Positions 1-10,361 are shown, numbered from the stretch's first letter. The stretch: DNA of 64,000 bases from an uncultured virus (IMG/VR IMGVR_UViG_3300025033_000017) (IMGVR_UViG_3300025033_000017), one strand, 5' to 3'. Numbers and translations are program-made. The notes: generated from the sequence alone by a model not told the origin.

Positions 1-405
1 GGCAGTTCTCAAAAAGGTGCATCAGGAGGAGGAGGAACTCATCCGGTATATGGCACTAGTGGTCAGGTAATCGGCGGAACAATATCATTTGGTGGACTTC
101 CTATGTGCACTAATGGTTCTGTCTATTATCCTCCTTGGTTAATGTTTCCCGGAATTGCTGCCGGCGCAGGAGGAAATGGAATGAGTACAGCCACCATCAC
201 TCCCGGAGGTATTGGCGCAGGAAGCGGAGGTATAGCTAACAACGGCGCCCACGGCGGCGGCGGAGGTGGTTTAACCGCATCTAAATCAAACAACGCTGCC
301 TCTGCTGGCAATGGTGGGCTAGGAGCAGGCGGCGGCGGTGACACCGCTTATAACTATTCAGGCGCTGGTGGCAATGGGTTAATTATTATCTATAGGATTG
401 CATGA
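1..405 (+). CDS. Glycine-rich tail-fibre-associated protein, 3' part (5' end outside window)
   Basis: Frame is open from base 1; Gly-rich repeats ending in GAGGNGLIII, typical of Gly-rich phage fibre proteins. Confidence 0.7.
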   Translation, partial: GSSQKGASGGGGTHPVYGTSGQVIGGTISFGGLPMCTNGSVYYPPWLMFPGIAAGAGGNGMSTATITPGGIGAGSGGIANNGAHGGGGGGLTASKSNNAASAGNGGLGAGGGGDTAYNYSGAGGNGLIIIYRIA

Positions 406-773
406 TGAGATATAACATATTAGATAACACAGGAAATGTTATCAACAGTATTATTGCTGATCAGTCTTTTGTTGACTCTGCCTATCCGGGAAAGTATGAA
501 CTAGTAGAAACTTTCCCCCAACCGGCAAGCATAGTTCCACCAAAAACTGCCTTCACTCATCTTGAGATCATGGCCCGATTCACCATGGAAGAACTAGCAT
601 CCATATATACCGCAGCAAAAACAACTGCTGACGTAGAAGTTTGGCTAGACATGTTTAAACTTGCTCAAGAAATAAATGTGACCGATCCGCAGACTATCTC
701 TGGATTGAATTCTCTTGAAGCTGCCGGATTGCTTGCGTCAGGGCGTGCTGCTCAGATTCTTGCGACAGCATAA
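402..773 (+). CDS. Putative tail-fibre assembly/chaperone-like protein
   Basis: Follows the Gly-rich gene with ATGA overlap; C-terminal GLLASGRAAQIL pattern seen in fibre-associated small proteins. Confidence 0.55.
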   Translation: MMRYNILDNTGNVINSIIADQSFVDSAYPGKYELVETFPQPASIVPPKTAFTHLEIMARFTMEELASIYTAAKTTADVEVWLDMFKLAQEINVTDPQTISGLNSLEAAGLLASGRAAQILATA

Positions 774-804
774 ATAATTGTAATATTAACAACATCTTAT
801 TCAT

Positions 805-1413
805 ATGACTAACGAACAACCTGCACTTGATTATGTGATTGATCGTATGGACAAAATTGAATCTCGCCTTGAACGATTCATCGAAGAAAACACCAAGAGA
901 CTCAATACCCTGATTGAATTGACTCGTCATATGTCCGCCATGAATGAGCGTCAACAACGACATTCGGATGATATCTCTGACATGAAAGCACGACTAGCTC
1001 AGATCGAAACCGATTCAAATGCGTCAGTTGTAAGGATAAATACACGGGTTGATGATATCGCCAAGGAATTCGGTAAGGATATGGATGTGATGAAGACTTC
1101 CATGATCGAAAAGATGGCTAAGGTATCTGCTGAATGTGAGACTAAACAAAACAAGATTATACATGATTGTGATAGTAAATTTGCTACTGCCAATATGAAA
1201 AATACAGCAACCGAGAATGAATTAACAAAGTGGTTGAATCGTGGTTTTGGTGCATGGTTTGTTCTTGCCGCAATCGCAGGTGGGGTTGAGTGGTATATCA
1301 AGATATCCATGGATGAACACCATTCCTTGATCACAGAACTTCAACAATCAAATTCTCAACTAAGGCAGGCTGTAGATCGCTCAACAATCGCCATCGACAA
1401 ACAGTCAAAATAA
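805..1413 (+). CDS. Hypothetical coiled-coil protein with one C-terminal transmembrane segment
   Basis: Heptad-rich N-terminus; hydrophobic stretch GFGAWFVLAAIAGGVEWYI. Confidence 0.6.
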   Translation: MTNEQPALDYVIDRMDKIESRLERFIEENTKRLNTLIELTRHMSAMNERQQRHSDDISDMKARLAQIETDSNASVVRINTRVDDIAKEFGKDMDVMKTSMIEKMAKVSAECETKQNKIIHDCDSKFATANMKNTATENELTKWLNRGFGAWFVLAAIAGGVEWYIKISMDEHHSLITELQQSNSQLRQAVDRSTIAIDKQSK

Positions 1414-1418
1414 CACAG

Positions 1419-1426
1419 TATAAATA
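1419..1426 (+). promoter_or_regulatory. T4-type late promoter TATAAATA
   Basis: Exact T4 gp55 late consensus in an intergenic gap; a gp55 gene is present in the window. Confidence 0.7.
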
Positions 1427-1476
1427 TGGCGTAACTCATGTTGAGTGACTTTTAACTTTAAGATGGAGAAAATATT

Positions 1477-1680
1477 ATGACGAATGAAACGCCTCTGATT
1501 TGGACAACCAAGGGCAATTTGCCTGTTGAGAGTTTGGAATATTCCGCACAATGGTATGAGACCTCTGATTTTATCAAATTGGTCGAAACCTATGTTTTGG
1601 AAGGTGAAGTAGTGAAACAAAACGCACACATCAAGCTAAAAGAGGGTGCTAGTACTAACGCGATTCAAGGTGGGTTTTGA
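1477..1680 (+). CDS. Hypothetical protein
   Basis: ORF with GGAG RBS downstream of the late promoter. Confidence 0.6.
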   Translation: MTNETPLIWTTKGNLPVESLEYSAQWYETSDFIKLVETYVLEGEVVKQNAHIKLKEGASTNAIQGGF

Positions 1681-1713
1681 TCCTACTAATCTAAATTTTA
1701 AGGAGATTTAAAC

Positions 1714-2190
1714 ATGGCTAATGTCCAAGGTATTTGTAATTCATTCAAGTCAGAATGTCTATCTGGTATTCATGCACTCGGCACTACAGTAACTCGTGGT
1801 GCCACAACGGCTGATGACGTCATGGCAGCACTTTATCTGACTACGGCTAACATCAGTGCAACCAAGGCAACCTATGGTGGTACTGTTGGTTCAGTTGCTG
1901 ATACTGGTGAGGTTAGTGGAACTGGTTACACGGCTGGTGGTGTAGTTGTTACTAACGCAACGCCGCCTTCGATTTCAGGCACGACTGCAATCTGGACACC
2001 TTCCGCTTCAATTGTTTATTCGTCTGTTACTCTGGCAACTTCGTTTGATTGTGTGTTGTTGTTCAATTCAACCCAAGGAAACAAGGCAATCGCATTATAT
2101 ACCTTCGGCGCTCAGAGGGTGACTGCTGGTACGTTGACGCTGACGATGCCTACCAATGACGCATCTAACGCTCTGCTACGTCTTGCCTAA
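1714..2190 (+). CDS. Putative virion structural protein
   Basis: AAGGAG RBS; Thr/Gly/Ala-rich, with EVSGTGYTAGG motif common in phage structural proteins. Confidence 0.65.
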   Translation: MANVQGICNSFKSECLSGIHALGTTVTRGATTADDVMAALYLTTANISATKATYGGTVGSVADTGEVSGTGYTAGGVVVTNATPPSISGTTAIWTPSASIVYSSVTLATSFDCVLLFNSTQGNKAIALYTFGAQRVTAGTLTLTMPTNDASNALLRLA

Positions 2191-2193
2191 TAC

Positions 2194-2814
2194 ATGGCAA
2201 TCGTAACACATGCATCAAAAGCGGCTGCGCTAACTTATGCGGAGATGGATAACAACTTCGCAGAGTTAGACGACCGTACTGCAACTAAGTGGCAAAACCT
2301 TCGTGCTCAGATTGATGTTTCTGGCACAACAACGCCCCCACTAAAAACTTCATACAAGGGTGCATTCCAGATAAACACGTTCGATGCTAACTCGGTACAG
2401 GAATGTACTGCGTTGTTCCATATGCCCCGTGATTTCGTGATTGGTTCAGATTTTTATCCTCATGGGCATATACTTCAACTAACTGCCAACTCGGGCACGG
2501 TTAGATGGGGATTCGATTTCATCTGGGCTAATGAGTTTGGTGATGGGGATTTGGGTGTTACTTCTGATATGAAGTTTAGTTCGATCATGACAACGTATGT
2601 TGAGGTCGCTCTCGACGGAACGACTCAGGATGTAAATTTGGTGGCAGAGACAACAACACCGATGAATATTCCAAATATGGGACCAGATGCCGTTATCATG
2701 TTGAGAGTATTCCGAGATGCGGGTCATCCAAACGATACATACCCTGACCCGATTGGTCTGTTGTTTATTGACGCATATTATCAATCTCAGGGATTTGGAA
2801 CGGCGGAGAGATAA
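2194..2814 (+). CDS. Hypothetical structural protein
   Basis: N-terminal KAAALTYAEMDNNF resembles fibre/baseplate attachment motifs. Confidence 0.6.
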   Translation: MAIVTHASKAAALTYAEMDNNFAELDDRTATKWQNLRAQIDVSGTTTPPLKTSYKGAFQINTFDANSVQECTALFHMPRDFVIGSDFYPHGHILQLTANSGTVRWGFDFIWANEFGDGDLGVTSDMKFSSIMTTYVEVALDGTTQDVNLVAETTTPMNIPNMGPDAVIMLRVFRDAGHPNDTYPDPIGLLFIDAYYQSQGFGTAER

Positions 2815-3530
2815 TACCATACATAGTTGATAGAGTATCAGACACCACAACGAGCACCGGAACTGGTCCTATTACGTTAAACAACACCCCACCAGATGCG
2901 ACGTTTCAGACGTTCGCTGCGGGTTTCGGAACTGGTGTTCGGAAGGTTTCTTATTGTATCGTAGATGCAACCAACGTAGCGACAGTGTTAAGATTATACA
3001 TCAACAACGGCTCTGGTCGAATGTCTTCTGTCATTTCTCCTGTTTCAGGTACGCCAACTGGCACTCCGTCTAGAAGTGGTGAAACACTTCTAGCCCAATC
3101 ATATTTCGCAAAAATTGTTGCTTATGACCAGTTTGATGCTCCAACAACAGTATCTACAGAAACTGCTGCTGTGACTACAACCGGAACAACAAGTTCAATT
3201 GTATGGAACTGGACTGATGCCACGGGCGCCGCTTCCTATCGTATTTACGTTGGTAACACAACAGGTGGACAACACACATACTTCTCCGCGACAACTAACA
3301 CTTTTACCCAAACTGCTGCAGTGGGTACTCGCAACTCATTATCTGGATCACTGTTAAATAATTTGTTCTTCGGTGAAATATCTCTCCCTGCTACGACAGC
3401 AACGACCTCAACTGTTGATGTTGAGTATCCTATTAATATGGCATTACCTCCCGGATATCGTATTATTGACGGATTCGGCACGACAGTTGCTGCTGGTTGG
3501 TTTATTACTGCATATGGTGGCGACTATTAA
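2814..3530 (+). pseudogene. Probable chimeric or decaying structural gene with ATA in place of ATG
   Basis: Frame of ORF 2985-3530 is open back to 2814, where TAATA replaces the usual TAATG overlap; reads (M)PYIVDRVSDTTTSTGTGPITL..., then switches to a TNVATVLRLYINNG-type protein. Confidence 0.45.
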
Positions 3531-3727
3531 TGCTTGTTATCTGCAATCTTCCATCAAACATAAATGCTGATCAACAGTTCTTCGGAGCAAACTCCGCTGC
3601 TGCTGGTGTGTTGGCATACATGGAAGAAGCCGCTGGAGGCGGCGGAACTGGTGGATCAGATACTGGCTCCGTTGCTTATCCAGCAGGTAACGGCGGCGTT
3701 GGTATCATAATAGCAACTTCATGGTAA
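3530..3727 (+). pseudogene. Internally deleted, frameshifted Gly-rich fibre protein remnant
   Basis: N-terminus is joined almost directly to the C-terminal GNGGVGIIIATSW; the WHTWKKP motif (tggcatacatggaagaagccg) lies out of frame. Confidence 0.5.
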
Positions 3728-3737
3728 AAGAGAAAAT

Positions 3738-4157
3738 ATGATTTTATATGATTTTTCAAGTAAACAATGGTGCCTAAGACAGACTGATCCGTCTGAATGG
3801 ACCTTGCAAGATGCAATCGCACATATACTCACGATGATTAATCAGTTTGCATATGATTTGAGGGACTTTTATTGCTCTACAGCATCTCCATATGAAGCAT
3901 CTTCATGGTCATTAAAGAAAAATGAAGCAAACGGATTCTCAATTGGAAATCCTACACCAATGTTAGATATTGAAGCACAAGCGAGGGGTGTTACTACGGC
4001 TGATTTGGCTTCCAAGATTCTAGCAAAAGCGACTGCACTAGCACAACTTGAAGCAGTTATCTCCGGCACATGTGGAAGGCATCAGGATATAGTATCACAA
4101 CTGACAGACATAAGTAGTGTATTAGACTACGATTGGTCAGTTGGCTGGCCCATCTAA
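3738..4157 (+). CDS. Putative tail-fibre assembly protein
   Basis: EASSWSLKKNEA and EAQARGVTTADLASKILAKA motifs with a terminal GWP, typical of fibre assembly chaperones. Confidence 0.55.
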   Translation: MILYDFSSKQWCLRQTDPSEWTLQDAIAHILTMINQFAYDLRDFYCSTASPYEASSWSLKKNEANGFSIGNPTPMLDIEAQARGVTTADLASKILAKATALAQLEAVISGTCGRHQDIVSQLTDISSVLDYDWSVGWPI

Positions 4158-4166
4158 GGAGCTTAG

Positions 4167-6269
4167 ATGCCTTCCAAATCAGTACCCCCAGGAAAGCGAA
4201 AAAGAGGCGTAACTGTTTCACTTACTGGTGTTGTATCTACGTTTGCTGCTGGCGCACTTGCTCTAGGTCTGGCGCTAGGTGTTGTTGGTTCATCAGAAAA
4301 TGCTTATGCAGGGACGATTACTGCATCTGCTGCAACTAACATATCAGTAGCACTCACTGGTCAACAAAAGACATTCTCGGCTGGTTCTATCCTAGCCAAT
4401 CGATCTGTTTCAGCAACGGGTCTGCAAGCTACATCTTCATCGGGAACAATCACACCATCAACATCAGTTGGTGTGATCGGTCAAGCATTATCAGGATCGT
4501 TCGGCTCAACATCAGTTAACGATTCTCTTGCCCTACTTGGGCAATCTCTTACGACCAACTATGGCTCACTTACTCCGTCTGCCGACTTCGGTATAACTGG
4601 TTATCAGAGTACATTCACCGCAGGCACATTGTCTGCAAGCACGGTTTCAAACGTCACGATTAGTATCAGTGGTTCTTTACTTACGTCATACACCGGTAAC
4701 GTAAGCACCTCTCAAGCTGATTACGCTGCGATCACTGGAACATCTTCGACGTTCCCGTATGGTAATGTTGTTGCAACTACCACACTACCATTGCTTGGTC
4801 AACAGGTTGTATCAAATTCAGGCACAATTGTACGCAAATTGGATACAACTGTAACGGGTTACCAAAGTACCTTTGCTGCTGGTACTCCAACAGTTTCAAG
4901 TAGTTCAACGGTTGGTCTGACTGGGCAATCTACCTCATTTAATCAGGGAAACCTTGGTATAACTGAGTCTGATAACGTAACGCTGGCTGGGCAGGCATTA
5001 AGTTCATATGTTGGTAACATTACACCGAGCAATACATTAGGATTAAGTGGTCAATCAAACACAATTTCTAGTGGCAGTCTAACTAGAAACGTATCTGTTG
5101 GATTAACTGGTTATCAGAGTACGTTTGCCGCTGGGTCAACAATTGCGACTTCTGCAACAAATATTGATCTAACGGGTAAATCATTCACGTCATCAACAGG
5201 TTCCGTTGGTGCATTTGCTCAAGATTACGCCCAACTAAACGGGCAATCGATCACAACAACAAGTGGCAACGTAACGGCTGGAATGGCTGTTGGTGTTACT
5301 GGGCAGTCTGTATCGATCATGACAGGTAACGTCGGGCCGAATGATTCGGATGCCCTAAGTGGTATTGCGCTAACATCTTCTGCGGGTAATCTAGTTGCAA
5401 TCGTAAGTACCACCGCTAATCTTTCTGGTCAATCTACATCGTTTGGAACTGGTTCGATTGGTGCGACCGTCGTTGACAATATCTCCTTAGCGGGGCAACA
5501 ATCGACGTTCAGCACAGGATCGATTGATAAGGGTGTCTCGATTACACTAATGGGAGCAGGTATTGTTTCCACGACAGGCGCCGCGAATGCTACCGTTAGA
5601 ACTACCCTTACTGGCTCACAAATCTCGGCCAGCCAAGGTAATTTTGTAAGTCAAAATGTTACTGTTGGTCTATCTGGCGCTCAGTCTAGTTTTGCCGCTG
5701 GGAACATCAAGGAATTCGATCAGGATTATCTAACTGGTTCTAGCATGACCGCTAGTACCGGCACAATCACGACCGGTATTAGTTGTGTAATCGGTTTGAC
5801 TGGATCACAAGCAACCACTAGTACCGGAACGCTGTGGCAATCACTGTCTGCATTCCAAGACTACTGTTGGGAAGGTTACTTTGTTACGGGTTACGTATCC
5901 GGAACTCAAGTGGCGATGCCTAACGGATTGACTGCGACACAAGACGCATGGCTGGAAGCAATCGCACGTATTCATGGTGCGGTTGATGGTTATACGATTA
6001 CGACAACAGATACAACTAGAAGCGATGGCGTATTAACTCAGAGCATCATAACCACAGATACCTACACCACGCTTGCCCCGATTACGTTACCAGCAGGAAC
6101 ATCATCAATCACGGGCATTACTCCAAGACAACTTCAATTGCTTGAATCCTTAGCCCGTGTTCATGGGCTGATCGATCCTTTGACCACGTCAATGACGACC
6201 AGAAGCGATGGTGTCTTGAATCAGAGCATCACTTCGACCGACGTTGTCTTCACGATAACCAAAGTATGA
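4167..6269 (+). CDS. Ser/Thr/Gly-rich repeat structural protein
   Basis: Many imperfect V-x-L-T-G-Q-x-S-T-x-x-x-G repeats; duplicated C-terminal ARxHG...TTRSDGVL motif. Confidence 0.75.
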   Translation: MPSKSVPPGKRKRGVTVSLTGVVSTFAAGALALGLALGVVGSSENAYAGTITASAATNISVALTGQQKTFSAGSILANRSVSATGLQATSSSGTITPSTSVGVIGQALSGSFGSTSVNDSLALLGQSLTTNYGSLTPSADFGITGYQSTFTAGTLSASTVSNVTISISGSLLTSYTGNVSTSQADYAAITGTSSTFPYGNVVATTTLPLLGQQVVSNSGTIVRKLDTTVTGYQSTFAAGTPTVSSSSTVGLTGQSTSFNQGNLGITESDNVTLAGQALSSYVGNITPSNTLGLSGQSNTISSGSLTRNVSVGLTGYQSTFAAGSTIATSATNIDLTGKSFTSSTGSVGAFAQDYAQLNGQSITTTSGNVTAGMAVGVTGQSVSIMTGNVGPNDSDALSGIALTSSAGNLVAIVSTTANLSGQSTSFGTGSIGATVVDNISLAGQQSTFSTGSIDKGVSITLMGAGIVSTTGAANATVRTTLTGSQISASQGNFVSQNVTVGLSGAQSSFAAGNIKEFDQDYLTGSSMTASTGTITTGISCVIGLTGSQATTSTGTLWQSLSAFQDYCWEGYFVTGYVSGTQVAMPNGLTATQDAWLEAIARIHGAVDGYTITTTDTTRSDGVLTQSIITTDTYTTLAPITLPAGTSSITGITPRQLQLLESLARVHGLIDPLTTSMTTRSDGVLNQSITSTDVVFTITKV

Positions 6270-6634
6270 ATTTCAAACGTTTCGCCCTGATGGGAATGTT
6301 CCCTAAAGCCAATCCACTGAATATCTCAATGATGGGATATCACGTTGTCATTAGTATCGTTCCTGTTGCCCGTGGCGGCGGAGCAATGGGTCCGTCTAGA
6401 ATACCCTATGACGAACAGACATATAAGATCGTCGTGGTAATATCTAGAAAAGGTAAAACGTGGAGAGAAGAACGAGAATTAAGTTATCTCCAATTGAAAT
6501 CTCTTGAAAAGGTTGTTGCTGCATACAAAGGAATGACAACTTTTGTTAACAAAATCAAAGTACAAGCGACACATCTTGGATATACGATTCTAGAATCACT
6601 TCGTATAAATATAAGATCAAAGAACAAGGAATGA
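6266..6634 (+). CDS. Hypothetical protein
   Basis: ATGA overlap with upstream gene. Confidence 0.55.
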   Translation: MNFKRFALMGMFPKANPLNISMMGYHVVISIVPVARGGGAMGPSRIPYDEQTYKIVVVISRKGKTWREERELSYLQLKSLEKVVAAYKGMTTFVNKIKVQATHLGYTILESLRINIRSKNKE

Positions 6635-6638
6635 CATA

Positions 6639-7184
6639 ATGATTTTAGCAAACTTGAAACTGGATGAAGAATCCGAACTTGAATTTTCGATGGATATCTT
6701 CGGCACAAGTTCGGCTGCATCTGATACCCGATTAGTGATTGAAGGAAAAGACTTCGATATTGTCTGCCATGGTACATACGCAAACGGTAATCTGAAAGTC
6801 AAAATTCCTAAGCTGAAAGGCATCATTGAGTCCGGGCAACATGAATGCAAGATCGAATGTCTTATTGATGGCAAGATTTTCTCTCCACTGAATGAATCGA
6901 TTGAGTTTGAACCTCTCGTAGAATTCGACGTGAAGAAGACCAAGGCTGCTATCATGAAGGAAGAAGTGAAAGTTTCTCCCGTTAAGGTAACCACCAGAAC
7001 CACAGAGAAGAATAAGATTGAAGAAGCATTCGCTGCCGGTTATACCATTGCAGAATATGCCGGTTATAACGTGCTCAAGAAGAATGACAAGTATCTTGGA
7101 TTCGTGACAGAATCGAAGATGGTTCTAGCTGACGACACATACGACTCTATCGCCGAACTAGTTGATGCTCTAGGAAGTAAGTAG
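6639..7184 (+). CDS. Hypothetical protein (late)
   Basis: Late promoter TATAAATA at 6604-6611 and AAGGA RBS. Confidence 0.65.
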   Translation: MILANLKLDEESELEFSMDIFGTSSAASDTRLVIEGKDFDIVCHGTYANGNLKVKIPKLKGIIESGQHECKIECLIDGKIFSPLNESIEFEPLVEFDVKKTKAAIMKEEVKVSPVKVTTRTTEKNKIEEAFAAGYTIAEYAGYNVLKKNDKYLGFVTESKMVLADDTYDSIAELVDALGSK

Positions 7185-7185
7185 T

Positions 7186-7525
7186 ATGACAGATAAGATA
7201 AATCAGGGAAACCTTTAGACATACCTTCTTATGGCGTCAAACAGACGGGGTAACTCCTATCGATATCTCGAACTATACCGCTAGAATGCAAATTCGAGCT
7301 AAGATCGATGATGTCACACCTAAATTGGAATTGAACACTACCAATAATCGAATCACTATCGCCAATCCAATTGCTGGCGAAATACAACTTTATATATCAG
7401 CAACAGATACCTCAACCATCAACTGGGTGTCTGGCGTATATGATCTTGAATTAGTTTCCCCGAGTGGTGATGTTACAAGATTGGTAGAAGGAACAGTATC
7501 CATTTCTAGAGAAGTTACCAGATGA
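7186..7525 (+). pseudogene. Frameshifted small structural gene (I-x-Q-G-x-T-F...Y-T-A-R-M-Q-I-R family)
   Basis: ATG at 7186 reads MTDKINQG; the +1 frame continues ETFRHTFLWRQTDGVTPIDISNYTARMQIR...GVYDLEL; break near 7207-7211. Confidence 0.6.
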
Positions 7526-7819
7526 GAACATATCGACAAGTAGGTCCAGCCGTTGCAACAGGAATGAATATTGCTGTTAATGAGATTCTTCGGGGCGGGG
7601 GGGTCTACCGCAGCACAAGATTCAATACAAGAACTTCTGCACCAAATGGTAGCATTAATGAAAGTAAATAATCATTACTTATACGAACTTATGTCATCAT
7701 CGAGTTGTAGTTCTAGAGACATTGTTTATAAGTATGATAATGTTGATGTGATTTATAAGTATAACTCATCTGACATAATAACGAAGCAACAATCCATCAA
7801 CATTATCATATCTGAGTAA
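7522..7819 (+). pseudogene. Hypothetical gene interrupted by a +1 shift in a G7 run
   Basis: ATGA-coupled start at 7522 (MRTYRQVG...ILRGGG); removing one G from 7597-7603 joins it to STAAQDSIQELL... Confidence 0.5.
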
Positions 7820-7823
7820 TATA

Positions 7824-8381
7824 GTGCCAACATTTCCGAGTTACCCTGACGTAAATGCCACTTACACCGATTCTTTGACCGGGGTAACGTACAAGTACGA
7901 CGGTTCGACTTGGTTAGTGCAATATACTGTTGATCCAGTTTTAGTTACACCCACTCCGATTCTAACTGACGTTCCGGTTGGACCTGTTACAGGAACCCCA
8001 TCACACACAACTGTTTTATTAGGTGATGGTACATGGGGAACATATACCACAGGCGGTGGTACGCTCGATCTTAGCAGCACATTGACAGGATTTAGTTCAA
8101 TGACTGGCACAGTCACAGCATCAGATTCGATATTGACTGCACTTGAGAAACTTAATGGTAACGTAAATCAGGTTGTTTTCTCGGCATCAATCAGTTACAC
8201 ACATACGCAGGTGTCAGCACAAAATACATGGACGATTACTCATAACTTGAACAAATACCCATCCGTAACCGTTATTGACTCATTCATGAATACTGTAATT
8301 GGGGAGATCGTTTATAATAACTCTAATACATTAACAATCACGTTTACTGCATCGTTTTCTGGCACAGCATATCTAACATAA
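7824..8381 (+). CDS. Putative tail-fibre-associated protein
   Basis: C-terminal WTITHNLNKYPSVTV domain typical of phage fibre proteins. Confidence 0.65.
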   Translation: MPTFPSYPDVNATYTDSLTGVTYKYDGSTWLVQYTVDPVLVTPTPILTDVPVGPVTGTPSHTTVLLGDGTWGTYTTGGGTLDLSSTLTGFSSMTGTVTASDSILTALEKLNGNVNQVVFSASISYTHTQVSAQNTWTITHNLNKYPSVTVIDSFMNTVIGEIVYNNSNTLTITFTASFSGTAYLT

Positions 8382-8399
8382 TAAACAGGGAGTAATCTT

Positions 8400-10358
8400 A
8401 TGCCAAAATACCTAACCAACATAGACCTACAAAACAATCAATTATTGAATGCCAAAATTGGTCTAACGGGAACTGATCCCTCTACTTCTGCAAGCACAGA
8501 AGGTCTTATCTGGTGGAACAGTTCGACTCACTTATTAAAGGTTAGCGATCAAGCTGGAACAGTTCAAGTCGTCGGTTGGTTGGGTTCATCAACCGCATCA
8601 TTAGCAGCTAACGGAACAGGCGCAGCCGGTACTGCGACAACAGCCGCACGTTCGGATCACACCCACACGTTGCCTGCCAATACGGCAGCATCAACACTTA
8701 CCGTCGGGGGTGCAGCAACTATTGGTTCAAGTACGGGCGTTGCTCGCGCTGACCACGTTCACGCTATGCCCGCGGTCGCAACAACTTCTGTTGCTGGTTT
8801 CATGTCTGCTGCTGATAAGACGATGTTGACTAATGCACAGGCGGCACAAACAGCTAATGCATATCTCGTTCTTCGTGATGCCGATGGTCGATTCCAAGCA
8901 ACCGATCCTTCTGCTCCCCAAGACGTTGCAACCAAGAATTATGTTGACACCACGGCACAAGGTCTAAATGCGAAGTCGTCTGTTCGTGCTGCAACAACCG
9001 CAGCCCTAGTCATTACCGCAAGAACATCTAGCACGTTGACGATTGGTGGCACGTCATTTGCTCTTGATGGTATTACACTTGCAAATAATGATCGTGTTTT
9101 GGTTAAGGATTCCACTACTGGTTCTGGTGCTGGTGCGTGGGATAATGGTATATACACTGTTGGTGGTATTGGAACTTCAGTAGTTCTTACACGCGCCTTA
9201 GATCAAGATTTATCATCAGAATTCCCTGCTGCTTATGTATGGATTGATGAGGGTGCGGTAAACAACGACCAAGGTTGGTTGTGTACTAACACCACAACAG
9301 CAGGCGTTACGGTCGGCACAACAGCGATCACATGGGTACAATTCTCTGGTGCAGGTCAAATTACCGTTACTGCACCGATTCTGAAATCTGGTAACTCTCT
9401 GGCTCTTGGCTACGATAACGCCACGATCGGTGTTTCTGGTAATAATATCTACGTCAAGAATAACAGTATCTCATCAACCCAGATGGCAACATCGTTTACT
9501 GCTGCTAACATCTACTCGATTCTGGGCGGCACGTCAACATACGCAACTGGCACCGCAGGTAAGCTAGTATTTGATACTAGCCCGACTCTTGTTACTCCTA
9601 CGCTTGGTGTTGCTTCTGCTACCACGATTAACAAGGTAACGATTACTGCGCCTGCTACAGGCTCGACATTGACGATCGCCAACGGTAAAACGCTAACTGC
9701 AAGTAACACGTTAACATTTACCGGTACAGACTCTTCATCTGTCGCTTTTGGTACTGGTGGTACGGTTGCTTATACGGCAAACAATTTATCAGTCTTCGCC
9801 GCAACTACTTCTGCTCAGTTGTTAGGGGTTATATCAGACGAAACTGGTTCTGGTTCGTTAGTATTCGCGTCAAGTCCTACTCTAACTACCCCGATTATTG
9901 GAACAGTTTATGGCTCAACCGCAGCCTCTGGAACATTAACTCTTTCATCAACAACCCATGCGACAAAAGGAACAGTCACTGTAGGCAATTCTAACGCCGG
10001 AACATTGACTATGCAAGCGGCAACCATTAATATCAAGGTTGGCGCAGCAGCAACAGGTGGATACCTCAAGGTAGATGCAACAACTGGACTGTTAAGTATT
10101 GACACTACGACCCACGGTGGTGTTAATAAATATGTGACTAGTATTGGTGATGGAACAACAACGCAGATTGTTGTGACTCATAACCTTGGTACTGCTGACT
10201 TTGTTGCAGAAGTTTATAACAACAGTTCTCCATATGATCGTGTTTATCCTGATATTTGGCATGCTGATACTGGAGGTATAAATGCAACAACAAAGGCAAC
10301 ATTCGTATTTGCTGTTGCCCCTACATCTAATCAATATCGTGTTGTTATAACTGGTTAA
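8400..10358 (+). CDS. Tail fibre protein
   Basis: ARSDHTH and ARADHVH repeats, DVATKNYVD motif, NDRVLVKD...NGIY head-decoration/fibre domain, C-terminal VTHNLGT. Confidence 0.8.
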   Translation: MPKYLTNIDLQNNQLLNAKIGLTGTDPSTSASTEGLIWWNSSTHLLKVSDQAGTVQVVGWLGSSTASLAANGTGAAGTATTAARSDHTHTLPANTAASTLTVGGAATIGSSTGVARADHVHAMPAVATTSVAGFMSAADKTMLTNAQAAQTANAYLVLRDADGRFQATDPSAPQDVATKNYVDTTAQGLNAKSSVRAATTAALVITARTSSTLTIGGTSFALDGITLANNDRVLVKDSTTGSGAGAWDNGIYTVGGIGTSVVLTRALDQDLSSEFPAAYVWIDEGAVNNDQGWLCTNTTTAGVTVGTTAITWVQFSGAGQITVTAPILKSGNSLALGYDNATIGVSGNNIYVKNNSISSTQMATSFTAANIYSILGGTSTYATGTAGKLVFDTSPTLVTPTLGVASATTINKVTITAPATGSTLTIANGKTLTASNTLTFTGTDSSSVAFGTGGTVAYTANNLSVFAATTSAQLLGVISDETGSGSLVFASSPTLTTPIIGTVYGSTAASGTLTLSSTTHATKGTVTVGNSNAGTLTMQAATINIKVGAAATGGYLKVDATTGLLSIDTTTHGGVNKYVTSIGDGTTTQIVVTHNLGTADFVAEVYNNSSPYDRVYPDIWHADTGGINATTKATFVFAVAPTSNQYRVVITG

Positions 10359-10361
10359 TAA

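Noticed and set aside
7206..7212. G GGA AAC slippery heptamer suggesting a programmed -1 frameshift
   Set aside because: The -1 frame stops after about 13 codons; the protein continues in the +1 frame
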